From the NCBI GenBank assembly GCA_008690995.1, contig VRMN01000010.1, positions 620,001-684,000 of the forward strand: 64,000 nucleotides of DNA. Reading direction: 5' to 3'. A program made the translations under genes and the position numbers. Each line of letters begins with the position of its first letter. The first letter of the stretch is position 1. The notes under the pieces are model-generated. The model did not search any database and was not told where the DNA came from. It saw only the letters and a program-made list of their open reading frames with translations. Source of the stretch: Porphyridium purpureum (taxonomy: Eukaryota). Below are positions 30,717 to 41,929 of the stretch, in pieces.

Positions 30717-33700
30717 TCACATGTAGCGGAAAACCTGCATGTCATCCCTTGTAAGAATGGGACCGCTGGTTTTTCCTCCAGCGACGAAAATACCGTTGCC
30801 AATTCGTCCGCATGCGACGCCGTGTCGGCCGTCTGGCATGTCAGAAAGCACAGTCCACGAGTTCGAGCCCGGGTCGTACGCTTCGACAGCGGCCGATGCG
30901 ATGTTGTTCGCAAACTCACCGCCGATCACGACTACGGAAGACTCCGACTCGACGACTCGGGCGCACCCGGTCCGCCGCGCCGTCGGCATGCTTGCTCGAG
31001 AACTCCACGCCGCGCCATTGAAGCTGAAAACGCTCGAAGCGTCTTCGCCGACCTGGCGGTTGCGTCCGCCAAACACCAAAATTTCGCCTCCCACGACCGC
31101 GCCCACAGCATTGTCACGCACTGCCGGCAGTGACGGTCCGGCGCGCCATGTCATCGTGTTCAAGTTGAGAATCTCCACCACATCAGTCGACGAGCCGCCA
31201 CCAGATGCCACGAGACCGCCAATGACCCAGATTTCATTCTGGAAGAGCACTACCACGGCACCTGCTCGTGCGGTGGGCAGGCTAGGAAGGCTTTCCCAAG
31301 TGTCAGAAACCGGATTGTAACGCGCGGCACCGTTGACCTGCCCAGAAAACGCAAGCGTGCTGCCCCCAATCACGTACACCAGGCCGCCCGCTTCGACCAC
31401 GCCCGGATTCTCGACCGCACCGTACGGGATCGGCGCAAGCTCGCCAATGGCGCTCCACTCGTTCTTCCACGCGTCGAATGCCAGAGTATTCGCAAAGACG
31501 CCATTGTCATTCTTGCCGCCAAACAAGTACAGCTTTGTACCGAGCGCCACACTGCCGGCGTCCACAAGCTCGAGCGGAAGCGCGGGCGTACCAACACCGG
31601 GCGCTTGCCAGCAACCAGGTCCGACGGGTGTAAATACCGTCAAACGACTTGCTCCAAACTCGGTCACGACAAGACGACCTAACGGATCCTCCGCGACAGC
31701 TAGCGGGTTGCTTAGCTTGACGCCTCCGGTGCCCGTGGTAGATCTATTCAACGTCTCGTCATTGACCACTTGACCGCTCACACGAATTAAGCGTCTCACT
31801 TGATCTCCTACTGAGTACCACACCGACAACAAATCCTTCCTGAGCTCGCCACAGAATGCGAAGCTTTCGTAAGTAAGAAGCCCATTGGCCGAGCGGCTCG
31901 ACCCGAGCGAGTATTCTGGCAAGCTATAGCTTGGTTCTGGAAGTGTTTGTGTCGGATAAATTGACGGCGCCGTCAAACTGTACGTGCCACCTTCCGAACG
32001 CAGCACTTCAAACGCGCCCGGGTTGGGAGGGTTGCCTGCAGCAAACACGCATTCGCCGCGTGACGGATTCGGATGACCATAGTACCGTCCTTGCTCCAGG
32101 ATGTACAGCAAGTCATCGCGAGCGCCAGGATTCAGGGCGTCGCGGTTTGCCTTCCCAGTAATCTGGCCCAAGCATTCGCCCTGTGCGTCACGAAGCGGTG
32201 GTGCGGTGCCTTCAACGCCGAGACCATTGTCCTGCGCATAAATAAGAAACGCACCCGCCGGAAATCCATCATCAGCCACAAACGTAAAGTCGTACACATT
32301 GCGAAGACCCGTCGCAAAAATGCTAACATCACAGTCAATGGAGGTAAATGCCACTCCCGTGGCGTCCATGATCACACCCAGCGGATCCTGCTCAGGTGTG
32401 CAGTCGAGGTCCAGCAAGCTTAAGTCCTGGTTCACATCGAGCACAAGGAGGGCCGCGCTGAGAGGCTGTTCTGGGCGTGGTCCAAACTCAGAGCCACCAT
32501 CGTTACTTGCGCCAGCGCCGGTATTTCCCCCGATGGCATGGTACAGGCGCCCATCTGGCCCAAAATGCAGTTGGTTGGGAGCATGGTTCGCGATGGCGCG
32601 CGGGAGACCCACGATCACGTCGTGCGAGCTCAGAACACTTCCGTCCAGACCGTTCAGCGTCATTCTGGACACTGTGCCCGAATTGGCGTCGCCATCACTG
32701 AAACTCGCATCCGAGTGGCTCATCCATAGTGTGATCAACTCCGGTGTGGATTGCGGATCGACTGTGATCCCAAGAGTCAACCGACCTTCCGACCCAACGG
32801 CGAAGGACGTGTACTCCGAAGCTTGGTACGTCTGTAGGACTATGCCCGCATTCACGTCGACCGCAAAAATCTGGCCCAAGGCCGATGCCACGTAAAGCAA
32901 ACCGTTCGGCGCAAAGACCAACGCAGAGCCAAAGCCGACGTCATTGATGCGACTTATGCTCCAATCGATGTCCGTAGGTCCCACGGGAGGCGGCGATGGC
33001 ACAGCCACGGCGTCCACGACAAATTGTCGCAGAACAAATTCCTCTCCATTTCCCTCCTCGGTCAACACACCCGTGTAACTGCGTGTTCCTACGAGAAAGT
33101 CAATGCCCGCAGCATCTTTCGAGAACCAGCTCGGCTCGACGTCCGAAAACACAATCAACTCTTCGAAAACCGCCGACGCCAGGTTCGCGGCGGCAAGCAC
33201 GGTCACCGAGTTCAGTTCTGGGGCCAGCTCCATTCGAAACGCGATCTGAGTCCCATCAAATCCCACAGGAAGTGGGAACGGCGTCACATTGGCCACATCG
33301 TTCTCTTCGAGTATGACTTGCACTTCAATGCCGGATCCCACACTCAATACGACACATACCATGATGTAGTCGCTGCCCGAAATGCCGAAAAAGTGACACA
33401 TCTTTTCGCCTGCTTGCGAGGGCGAGGCAGGAAGTTCAATCAGCGACGTCACAATCAGCTCTTGATCAGGGAGCGGCAAGCCTACAGCGAGTGCATTAAC
33501 AACGTTGTTGGTTGTGCCTTCCCACGAGCCCGGGCTGGCAGCGATGAGCAGACCGTCGCCGTTCGGCAGGACTGCAAGCAAATTTGGGTCGAACCACAAA
33601 TTCAGATCGACGCCAACAGTATTTGGGATGACGGCGGTGAACCCCGTCGGCGCGCCCGAGCCATCAGGAATCCCTGTCACAAAGCTCGGAAACATGTATG

Positions 33701-36005
33701 GTACAAATATTCGCACAGCACTGCACGAAAGCGAGGAGATTTGGCGGCCTTCAAATTGGCTCGGCGATGGCACGCAAGACGTGGCGCCATCGCCCAGCAC
33801 AATCGAAACGATCTTGGTGTTCACACCGCCAGATGCATCGAAGCGTAGTACGCCATTCTGTACGCTCACGACGGCACCAAAGCTAGCGAGTCGTTTACCC
33901 GCATTCAAAGTCGTGGCTGGGACAATGGCCAGTCCATTCGCATTCACCACGTGTGTACTATCAAAAAAGAGTGGATCACCCACTTGCACGCGCACGTCGT
34001 AAATTCCATCTTCAAGTAAAATATCAAAGACACCCGCCTGGCCAACCGCGGATTGCATCAGAACAAGTGTTTCGTCAACACCTCCCGAGCCTCGATTTCG
34101 CATATTTCCAGTAAAGTCAATCGGGAGCAGCGATGCTGCGTCGCGCCACCCAAACCACAACCCTGATGCATCCAGAGACCCGAATGGTTCACCCGTGTTC
34201 AAAACGAAACCACCCGCCGTGCTGCTCCCTGCTGGTCCGAATGTGATGCTGATCGGGAGCGATGTAGCAACCGTGTCAACCGTGAACACACGCACAGTCA
34301 CGGTCAGCGGCATAACGCTACCGTCGAGTGCAGACACAGTCAGGGTCGCATCCGAGACCGGTGTGTCCACTGGGACTGCGGACGAATTCACGCTGACGGT
34401 AAGAGAGCTCATGACGAGAGCGACCTCGACGCTGAGCCAGGTTGCAGAGACAGTCACCTCAAAGGCCGGTACAGGTATCGACGTGGTACTCAGAGACACA
34501 CTCATCACCTGTGGTGCAATAGTTCCACTCTTCACAAAGTCCAGAGTCGGTGGCGTGAGAACAAACTCCGGCGGCGCCTCCATAATCATAAAGGTAGCTT
34601 CATCCTCGACGCTCAAGCCCGACGCGAGCGAAATGATCGCTGTCACAACATGAATTCCAATTGACAGCGACGAAACGTCAAATGGATTTGCCACGGAAAC
34701 CAATCCGCCCTGAAAGTCCCAAGGCACTTTGCCTTCGACCTGTTTCTGCACACCATCCAAGAAGAACACCACGCCCGTCACCGCCGTGGCCGCGGGGTCC
34801 ACGTCCAGAAAAATATACAGCACCGCGCTCTCATAAAACGAAGATCCTTCGAGCAACAAAGAATCGCTGCGCGACGGCACCAGGCTGTACAAGAGCGAAT
34901 AGTCGTCCGCAGATGCCACACTGACCGGAATCACAATCTGAATGTGCGTGTTACTCACGGTCATCACCACAATCTGTCCAGTAAACGACACGGCCGCATT
35001 GAGCGTTACAATCAAATCGAGTGTGCCGCTCCCGCCGGCCGGAATGCTCCCGGCAAGTGGCGCAACAGACAGCGCAGCGCCTGGCACACCAACTAGTGAC
35101 ACAATAATCCCGGCTGCGTTGTCATCGGATGTGGTCAGCGAGATCGTCTGCGAGACGTTGATATCATCAAGCGAAAAGGCGAGAGAAACAGGCTCTGCAA
35201 GCAAAGAAGCCGCAACGTCACCAGCATTATCAACCACAAATGTCGACGAAACGATTAATTCGGCTCCGGAGATCAGAACAAGTTTGGCGTTGATCTGGTT
35301 GGGCCCGTCGGAGAGACTGGCGGTGTCGAATGGGATAGCAGCATTTGCCTGGCCACCCTCTAAATCAAATGGAGCAGAGTTCTCAGTTCGAAATGGCGGA
35401 CCATCCTCCAAAAGGGTGCCTTGATTGACAAAAAACTCGACTTTGTCCACAAGCGGCAGACTGGAAACGTCCCCAGTTGACACATCTTCAATAAAGACGT
35501 AAATCTCACCGAAAAGAGTCTGGTCATCAAGCGGCGCGCTCGGGCTGCGGCTCGGGAAAGTGCTAAATGCAATCACGTACTCCTCATTCGCACTGCTGCT
35601 AGTGACGTCAAAGTCAGCCTGAAAGTCGACAAACGAACCATTCGAGAATGATACTCGCGAAGACACGGTCGCCGGTCCGGGCAAAAAGAATGTAGGAATC
35701 GCCACGCTGTTTTTCCCGGTGCCTTCCAAGTCAAATGGTGCTTTCGCCTCTACCTTTACAGGTGCGCCTGAGATTGGGCCCAGCCAAAACTCGACCTGAC
35801 TGATGCCAACCGGCGAGATGTCTTCAAAGATATACACGGCCTGAGAGGCCGGTACTTCCGCCCCGTCAAGCGCCTGTGCGGCGGAACGGTTGGGCTGCTC
35901 GGACACGGATAAGACTGCCGCTCCTTGAGTCCATAGAAGCATCAGAAGAACCGACGCACAGCACAGCGTATGGATCTTACGACCCACTCCACACTTGAAG
36001 CTCAT
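30717..36005 (-). CDS. Large secreted multidomain protein: Ig-like repeats, carbohydrate-binding-like modules, glucose/sorbosone-dehydrogenase-like propeller, Kelch repeats
   Basis: Signal-like LCCASVLLMLLW; three VEF..E..(A/V)P(F/W)D..G repeats; NHAPNQLHFGPDGRLY..GGNT, ATGLRNVYD, YYGHPNP; about six Kelch GG..W repeats. No intron evident. Confidence 0.85.
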   Translation of the reverse strand: MSFKCGVGRKIHTLCCASVLLMLLWTQGAAVLSVSEQPNRSAAQALDGAEVPASQAVYIFEDISPVGISQVEFWLGPISGAPVKVEAKAPFDLEGTGKNSVAIPTFFLPGPATVSSRVSFSNGSFVDFQADFDVTSSSANEEYVIAFSTFPSRSPSAPLDDQTLFGEIYVFIEDVSTGDVSSLPLVDKVEFFVNQGTLLEDGPPFRTENSAPFDLEGGQANAAIPFDTASLSDGPNQINAKLVLISGAELIVSSTFVVDNAGDVAASLLAEPVSLAFSLDDINVSQTISLTTSDDNAAGIIVSLVGVPGAALSVAPLAGSIPAGGSGTLDLIVTLNAAVSFTGQIVVMTVSNTHIQIVIPVSVASADDYSLLYSLVPSRSDSLLLEGSSFYESAVLYIFLDVDPAATAVTGVVFFLDGVQKQVEGKVPWDFQGGLVSVANPFDVSSLSIGIHVVTAIISLASGLSVEDEATFMIMEAPPEFVLTPPTLDFVKSGTIAPQVMSVSLSTTSIPVPAFEVTVSATWLSVEVALVMSSLTVSVNSSAVPVDTPVSDATLTVSALDGSVMPLTVTVRVFTVDTVATSLPISITFGPAGSSTAGGFVLNTGEPFGSLDASGLWFGWRDAASLLPIDFTGNMRNRGSGGVDETLVLMQSAVGQAGVFDILLEDGIYDVRVQVGDPLFFDSTHVVNANGLAIVPATTLNAGKRLASFGAVVSVQNGVLRFDASGGVNTKIVSIVLGDGATSCVPSPSQFEGRQISSLSCSAVRIFVPYMFPSFVTGIPDGSGAPTGFTAVIPNTVGVDLNLWFDPNLLAVLPNGDGLLIAASPGSWEGTTNNVVNALAVGLPLPDQELIVTSLIELPASPSQAGEKMCHFFGISGSDYIMVCVVLSVGSGIEVQVILEENDVANVTPFPLPVGFDGTQIAFRMELAPELNSVTVLAAANLASAVFEELIVFSDVEPSWFSKDAAGIDFLVGTRSYTGVLTEEGNGEEFVLRQFVVDAVAVPSPPPVGPTDIDWSISRINDVGFGSALVFAPNGLLYVASALGQIFAVDVNAGIVLQTYQASEYTSFAVGSEGRLTLGITVDPQSTPELITLWMSHSDASFSDGDANSGTVSRMTLNGLDGSVLSSHDVIVGLPRAIANHAPNQLHFGPDGRLYHAIGGNTGAGASNDGGSEFGPRPEQPLSAALLVLDVNQDLSLLDLDCTPEQDPLGVIMDATGVAFTSIDCDVSIFATGLRNVYDFTFVADDGFPAGAFLIYAQDNGLGVEGTAPPLRDAQGECLGQITGKANRDALNPGARDDLLYILEQGRYYGHPNPSRGECVFAAGNPPNPGAFEVLRSEGGTYSLTAPSIYPTQTLPEPSYSLPEYSLGSSRSANGLLTYESFAFCGELRKDLLSVWYSVGDQVRRLIRVSGQVVNDETLNRSTTGTGGVKLSNPLAVAEDPLGRLVVTEFGASRLTVFTPVGPGCWQAPGVGTPALPLELVDAGSVALGTKLYLFGGKNDNGVFANTLAFDAWKNEWSAIGELAPIPYGAVENPGVVEAGGLVYVIGGSTLAFSGQVNGAARYNPVSDTWESLPSLPTARAGAVVVLFQNEIWVIGGLVASGGGSSTDVVEILNLNTMTWRAGPSLPAVRDNAVGAVVGGEILVFGGRNRQVGEDASSVFSFNGAAWSSRASMPTARRTGCARVVESESSVVVIGGEFANNIASAAVEAYDPGSNSWTVLSDMPDGRHGVACGRIGNGIFVAGGKTSGPILTRDDMQVFRYM

Positions 36006-37027
36006 GCTGTCGAGCAAAGACCGACCACTCGCGCCGTCCTCCGCGGGCACGTACCACTCCTGTGCAGTCCAGTAGTCAGACGACTGTCCCAATACCTTCC
36101 ACAACCACGGCTCTCAATCCTGTGTGACGGCAAAACTCCGAACAAGACTGCCAGACCCTTACCTCGGCTATCCTCGGTTCACTGTGCATCGCGGTTGTCC
36201 GTACCTCGTTAAATATCCGCGAAGCCCAGACGAGCACAGCAAACCGTGCGCAAAACTTGCTTGAATCCGTTGCAGCTGCAAGCCGCACGGACCAAGCTAC
36301 AATCCGCTCGTGCGTCATGACGCTTGACTATTGAGCCCCAGCTGCTCATGCCAAGCGCGTGCCGTGTAATGCAAACTCGTCGCCGTGTCCATCATCACCC
36401 TACCAATTCGCGGACACGCAGACACGTGGACACGCTCACGTCACTCTGCGCGACATGATACCAGACAACGCCGACCCACACCGCTGCTGCCAAGCTTGTC
36501 ACACATCCAGCTTGCCAAAGCCACCTCCGTGCATCGCTCCTTCTTCCCTCTTTCGCACCGTGACGCGTGACTGCTTGCCCACCGCGCACTGTACTTCAAC
36601 TGTACATCCACGCGTGACTCTGCGGCACACATTAAAATAATAATTGTTATTTTAAGTTCCGGCGGCGCTTTTGTGTGAGAGGTGCTTACACTGCCGTTCA
36701 GCCGGCTTACATGAATGTCTGCTCTCGCTGCTGCCGCTGCTGGTGCTGCTGCTTTGGGTGGTGGTGATGATGGTGGTGGCTCCGAGAATGCGAGTGCTCG
36801 CGGCAAGAGAGCAGGGCTATAAAGCGCGCAACACGCGATGTGGCGGCAGCAACCGGAAGCCCCAAGGTCGTATGTCTGTGGCTTCGTGAACCAAAATTTC
36901 CAAAGCAAGGTAAGAGCAGCGCTTGCAGAATTCACACTGTCCATCCGAGCAGGCGTCATTTCAGAGTCTTGAAGATATCGTCTGAAAGAAGTGGCGGAGG
37001 AAAGGACAGGCTGTCTTGAGACTCAGT

Positions 37028-37726
37028 ATGGCGCTCGACGCAATGAAGAAGGAGCTGTCCCAGGGATACGTGGTCCTATCGCATGGTGTTCCGGCCGAGC
37101 ACGCAGGAGGCAAGGCCATGCCGGTAAAGGTGCCAGAGAAGCACTTTCGTGACTGCTATGGTGTGGTGATTTTTGTCGAGTACGAACTGGCGCTGGTCGT
37201 CGGTGCCGCATACGGGTACGGAGTGATCATCAAGAAGATTAACAAGGGCGCCCCAGACGAGAAGTGGTCGGCGCCGGTGCCCTTTACCATCACGGGCGCA
37301 CAGGTCGGGGCTTCCGCGGGCTACGCAAAGAGCGAGTTCATTCTTTTCTTGACGTCGGTGGAGCAGATGACCGCTTTTGAGAAATACGCTCAGCTAGACC
37401 TCACGGCAGAGGCCATTGGCACGGGAGACACAGAAGAGCAGCTTCGGGATGGAATGGCTGGGCGTCTGGACGTGAAGATTGGAGGCGCCGGGAAAGGGTC
37501 AGGCATTTTATACGGAAATTCGTCAGGCGCCATGGTCAGTGCTTCATTGGGCACCTCGGTCCTGATCCAGGACCACGAAAAGCTGAAGCGGGCGTATGGA
37601 AAAGATGCATCTGCGCAGAAGGTGTTGAACGGCGAATTAGGAATGGAAGCAGCATACGCAGACCCCATCATGGCGGCAGTGTACAACCAGACGGTCTACA
37701 AGAAGCAAGAAACGAAAGCGTCTTGA
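37028..37726 (+). CDS. SYLF/Ysc84 lipid-binding domain protein, copy 1
   Basis: VP...F.DCYGVVIF..ALVVGAAYGYGVII..WSAP..ITGAQVGASAG..EFILFL. Confidence 0.85.
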   Translation: MALDAMKKELSQGYVVLSHGVPAEHAGGKAMPVKVPEKHFRDCYGVVIFVEYELALVVGAAYGYGVIIKKINKGAPDEKWSAPVPFTITGAQVGASAGYAKSEFILFLTSVEQMTAFEKYAQLDLTAEAIGTGDTEEQLRDGMAGRLDVKIGGAGKGSGILYGNSSGAMVSASLGTSVLIQDHEKLKRAYGKDASAQKVLNGELGMEAAYADPIMAAVYNQTVYKKQETKAS

Positions 37727-38099
37727 AGAGCTTTGCCCCACTTCATTTCGGATCCCTTAGTGCCAGCAGACTTTGTTATCTTCGCCTGACCTTTGCAGAT
37801 GGCGCAAAATCTCGGGTATCGTATTCACAGTAATCACTGGAAAAAAAAAAAAAAAATGTCCATGTTTACAACGTTTCCGTTAGGATCCGGAAAGATTCGT
37901 CTCCGTCGCTCTGTCTATCTCCAATCTTGCCGGAGCAAGGACTCTCACACGTGTGCAGACGCGGTCGCTGCACGACGGTTGCATACACCAGCTCGGACGA
38001 ACATATAGGCAGTTCACAACCGGGAAGGACGCGCGGGCCGTGTTGTAGGTTTGAATCTCTCAGTGGGGGACCTGGGACAGTTTGACAGTGCAAGTCAGG

Positions 38100-38798
38100 A
38101 TGGGTTTCGAGGCGCTGAAGAAGGAAGTGTCGCAGGCGTATGTCGTGCTGTCGCATGGCGTTCCTGCCGAACACGTGGGCGGAAATGCGAAGCCGGTAAG
38201 GGTGCCAGAGAAGTACTTCCATGACTGCTACGGTGTGGTGATCTTCGTCGAGCATGAGCTGGCGCTCGTGGTCGGCGCTGCGTACGGGTCGGGACTGATT
38301 ATCAAGAAGATCAACAAGGGCACGCCACAGGAGTCGTGGTCTGCGCCAGTGCCCTTCACGATCACCGGCGCAAAGGTTGGAGCGTCCGCGGGCTACGCAA
38401 AGAGCGAGTTCATTCTTTTCTTGACGACACCGGAACAGATTGCAAGCTTTGAGAAGCACGCTCAACTCGACCTATTGGCGTCGGCAACAGGAACGGCCGA
38501 CTCTGATGAGCACATGACGGACGGTATGGCGGGGCGCCTTGAAGTGAAAATTGGCGGCGCTGGAGTTGGTCGTGGTGTCCTATTCGGTAACTCGACAGGC
38601 GCCATGGTTAGCGCGGCCGTCGGCACGTCCGTTCTTGTCCAAGACCACGAAAAGACAGAACGGGCGTACGGAAGAGGAGCAAAGCCTGACAAGGTTCTGA
38701 GTGGAGAGTTGGGTCTGGAAGTAGCATACGCCGATCCCATTATGGCCGCCGTGTACAATCAGATGGTTTACAAGAAAGACAGCACGCCATCGTCGTAG
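38100..38798 (+). CDS. SYLF/Ysc84 domain protein, copy 2
   Basis: Paralogue of copy 1 with the same motifs. Confidence 0.85.
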   Translation: MGFEALKKEVSQAYVVLSHGVPAEHVGGNAKPVRVPEKYFHDCYGVVIFVEHELALVVGAAYGSGLIIKKINKGTPQESWSAPVPFTITGAKVGASAGYAKSEFILFLTTPEQIASFEKHAQLDLLASATGTADSDEHMTDGMAGRLEVKIGGAGVGRGVLFGNSTGAMVSAAVGTSVLVQDHEKTERAYGRGAKPDKVLSGELGLEVAYADPIMAAVYNQMVYKKDSTPSS

Positions 38799-40055
38799 AC
38801 AGGCAATGAGTGTGCCATTGTTTTGGAAAGGGCAAGGAAGATGCATCGTGCACTTCAACCACCCGATGCCTGAGTTTATGTAGTCTTCTCTTACACACAG
38901 GTTGAAATACGCACTGCACTTGGACTCTAGTGAAAATGAAAAAGGTAAAATTGCGCAGCTTGATGAGCCTCTTCACCCTTCTAGCAATTCAAAAGTTCCC
39001 ACCGCGTGCAACTCTTTGCATCCGCAAATCGCCACCACCAAGAGATGGAAGCTTGGGGTGCCGAAACACGAATTCCTCCGTTTGGTGAGGCGCCCAGCAG
39101 AATCCGTGCGCCTCTTGCGATTGGATCATCATGCCGGTGAGTCGTGCATTCACTGAGCAGGGAGCTAATCCAGCTCAATGTAGTAGTTTGGCGTGTGTGA
39201 ATCCACGGGAGCGCACCCGTGACGTCTGCGTCTTGTTACACCCCGTTGTGTGTCCATCTTGCGTGTACCGAATACCGAGCACTCGGTAGAAAGATCAGCA
39301 TTCCATCGTAAACTTCCCAAAGAGAGCGAGCAGGTCGAGGTTGTTTTACCGTTTTAGAACGGTTAGACATCAAGCTCGAACATGCAAAGTCGACCAGGAG
39401 CTACTTTGGTGCCCCTCCGTAAATGCAATGCGTGCGCACAGTTGGGAGTCCAACCCTTGTCACATAGCCACGTTCTTGCGTAATTCAGGGCTGTCCGGGA
39501 AAGAAAGAGCCTTCAGACCGGCGCTTCCTCGTGAGAACAAAAAATTCGCCCTGCTGCGTCTTTCCAAAACTACACGACCCTAAATAAACGCGACGAGATT
39601 CACGGCGGTGAAAGGAAGAGCGGGCAATTATGCCTAGTGCTGTGTCATGCTGAAGCTCTCTGTCGCTTGCTCTCTGACTCCTGTTTCCAAGCAATCCGTG
39701 TTCCTTTGCCTTCGGCGTGCCTCGGCATGTATTCACAGTTTGAGGAGCAGAAGGAGGAGCAGAAAGAGGTAGTCGGCAGAAACCGGTTTAGTCTCAAGCG
39801 TGTGCCCGTTTAACCGTTTACAGAGCTCGCTCGGAGGTGCACCGGTTTTCAGAGTCGGGTGGCACACGCGGCCCGTTTCGGTGTTGGTGGGCGGGGAGAT
39901 TCGATTCGTCGTGTGTTCACGCGCACGGATGAGCTCGCGACGACGCAGGTGGGCTTGACGCGACGCTCCGTTTCCGTCACCTGCGAGGTCGACTCTGTCC
40001 AGATCGCGGACAGGGGAAAGAGAGAGAGTTTTGTTCGTGGGCGCCGCGTGGAGAG

Positions 40056-40751
40056 ATGGGTTTCGACGCGCTGAAGAAGGAAGTGTCGCAGGCGTATGTC
40101 GTGCTGACGCATGGCGTTCCTGCCGAACACGTGGGCGGAAATGCGAAGCCGGTAAAGGTGCCAGAGAAGTACTTCCATGACTGCTACGGTGTGGTGATCT
40201 TCGTCGAGCATGAGCTGGCGCTCGTGGTCGGCGCTGCGTACGGGTCGGGACTGATTATCAAGAAGATCAACAAGGGCACGCCACAGGAGTCGTGGTCTGC
40301 GCCAGTACCCTTCACGATCACCGGCGCAAAGGTTGGAGCGTCCGCGGGCTACGCAAAGAGCGAGTTCATTCTTTTCTTGACGACACCGGAACAGATGGCG
40401 AGCTTTGAAAAACACGCCCAGCTCGACCTCACGGCGTCGGCGACAGGAACAGCTGACGCGGACGCGCAATTCACCGACGGGATGGCCGGCCGCATGGATG
40501 TTGAGATCGCCGCGGGCGGTGTTGGAGAATCTTTGAAGAAGGGCGTTTTGTTCGGCAACTCGTCAGGCGCCATGATTAGCGCCGCGGTGGGCACCTCGGT
40601 GCTCGTGCGAGACCACGAAAAGACGGAGAGGGCGTACGGAAAAGGAGCAACTGCCGAAAAAATCTTAAATGGAGAAGTAGGTCTGGACGTTGCATATGCG
40701 GATCCCACCATGGCCGCAGTGTACAATCAGATGGTGTACAAGAAGGACTAG
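40056..40751 (+). CDS. SYLF/Ysc84 domain protein, copy 3
   Basis: Paralogue; 5' half nearly identical to copy 2. Confidence 0.85.
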   Translation: MGFDALKKEVSQAYVVLTHGVPAEHVGGNAKPVKVPEKYFHDCYGVVIFVEHELALVVGAAYGSGLIIKKINKGTPQESWSAPVPFTITGAKVGASAGYAKSEFILFLTTPEQMASFEKHAQLDLTASATGTADADAQFTDGMAGRMDVEIAAGGVGESLKKGVLFGNSSGAMISAAVGTSVLVRDHEKTERAYGKGATAEKILNGEVGLDVAYADPTMAAVYNQMVYKKD

Positions 40752-41014
40752 TTCGGTTCCTCTGATCATTGACACGCTCGGAAATCATGAAATTCCTTTC
40801 ATGTTGACCGCATCTTCATTCCACGTCCGCATGAGCACAGCGGCTCTGCGCGCGATAAGGCTGTACGTTCTTGCCCCTCAGCGTACGTGTTTTTCGAGTT
40901 CGACACTAAACCAAGGGCTCTTTCCAAGTTTCAACGAACTTGATTCCAAACACCTGTCTTCGTGGTGGCACAAATCTGTTTCTTCCAACAGCCGAAGAAA
41001 GTCGACACGCCAAG

Positions 41015-41710
41015 ATGGGGTTTGAACAAGCACTCGGCGCGCAGGTGCAACTGACTAAGAAGGTCCTGGCACATGGTGTGCATACCGATGCGGGCACATC
41101 TACCCGGGCACATGTGCCGGAGAAATACTTTCATGACTGCTGCGGCGTTGTGGTTGTCACGCAGCATGCCGTAGCATTGGTCGTGGGCGGCGTACATGGG
41201 TCCGGCCTCGTTATGAAAAAACTCAACAAAGGTTCGCCGCTCGAAACGTGGTCGGCTCCGGTGCCGTTCACGATCACCGGAGCACAGTTCGGCGTTTCGA
41301 TCGGTTGGGCGAAAACCGAGTTCATTCTTTTCCTGACGTCGCACGACCAAGTCGAGGCTTTCGAACATCACGCGCAGGTTGACCTGACGACATCGGCCGT
41401 GGGCGCGGCGGATACGCGGGACCATGCTGCTGGAGGCGTGGCTAGCCGCGTGGACGTCATGATTGCTGGGAAAGGCACCAACTCGCGAGGGCGTGCCGGA
41501 GTGTCGTCAACAGGTGCTGTGTTTGCAAATGCGTCTGGTGCCATGCTCAGCGCCGCGATCGGAGGCTCGGTGCTGGCACTCGACACGGAAAGGCTGCACA
41601 GTGCTTATGGAGCAAATGCAACAGCCAAATCGGTGCTCAACGGGCACGTCGGAATGGAAGCGGCGCATGGAGACAACGAGATGAAGGATATTTACAAGCT
41701 ATTGGGTTGA
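41015..41710 (+). CDS. SYLF/Ysc84 domain protein, copy 4 (most divergent)
   Basis: VPEKYFHDCCGVVV..GGVHGSGLV..WSAPVPFTITGAQFGVSIG. Confidence 0.85.
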   Translation: MGFEQALGAQVQLTKKVLAHGVHTDAGTSTRAHVPEKYFHDCCGVVVVTQHAVALVVGGVHGSGLVMKKLNKGSPLETWSAPVPFTITGAQFGVSIGWAKTEFILFLTSHDQVEAFEHHAQVDLTTSAVGAADTRDHAAGGVASRVDVMIAGKGTNSRGRAGVSSTGAVFANASGAMLSAAIGGSVLALDTERLHSAYGANATAKSVLNGHVGMEAAHGDNEMKDIYKLLG

Positions 41711-41929
41711 AGTTTCGATTTGTGCGCACCCGGACGCGCAGTAGAAGATGTGGCTTCTCACCAGTTCGAAGATGCCTCCACAGGGAATCATGCAAATATC
41801 AGCATGGAAACATGCTGTTGAGCGTGCGAGGTCGTAGAAGCATCCATGGCCGACGAAAATACGGGGTACAATCACAAGGTAGTGCTGTGCGTATCGTGTG
41901 CTGACGAGGCGTTTGCGTTCCTATGCCGC

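Noticed and set aside
37841..37856. A16 tract after SYLF copy 1 as a retrocopy tail
   Set aside because: No TSD; genes here are intronless anyway and the tandem layout favours DNA-level duplication.
39430..39470. B-box-like sequence on the minus strand (tRNA or SINE)
   Set aside because: No A box or cloverleaf could be built.
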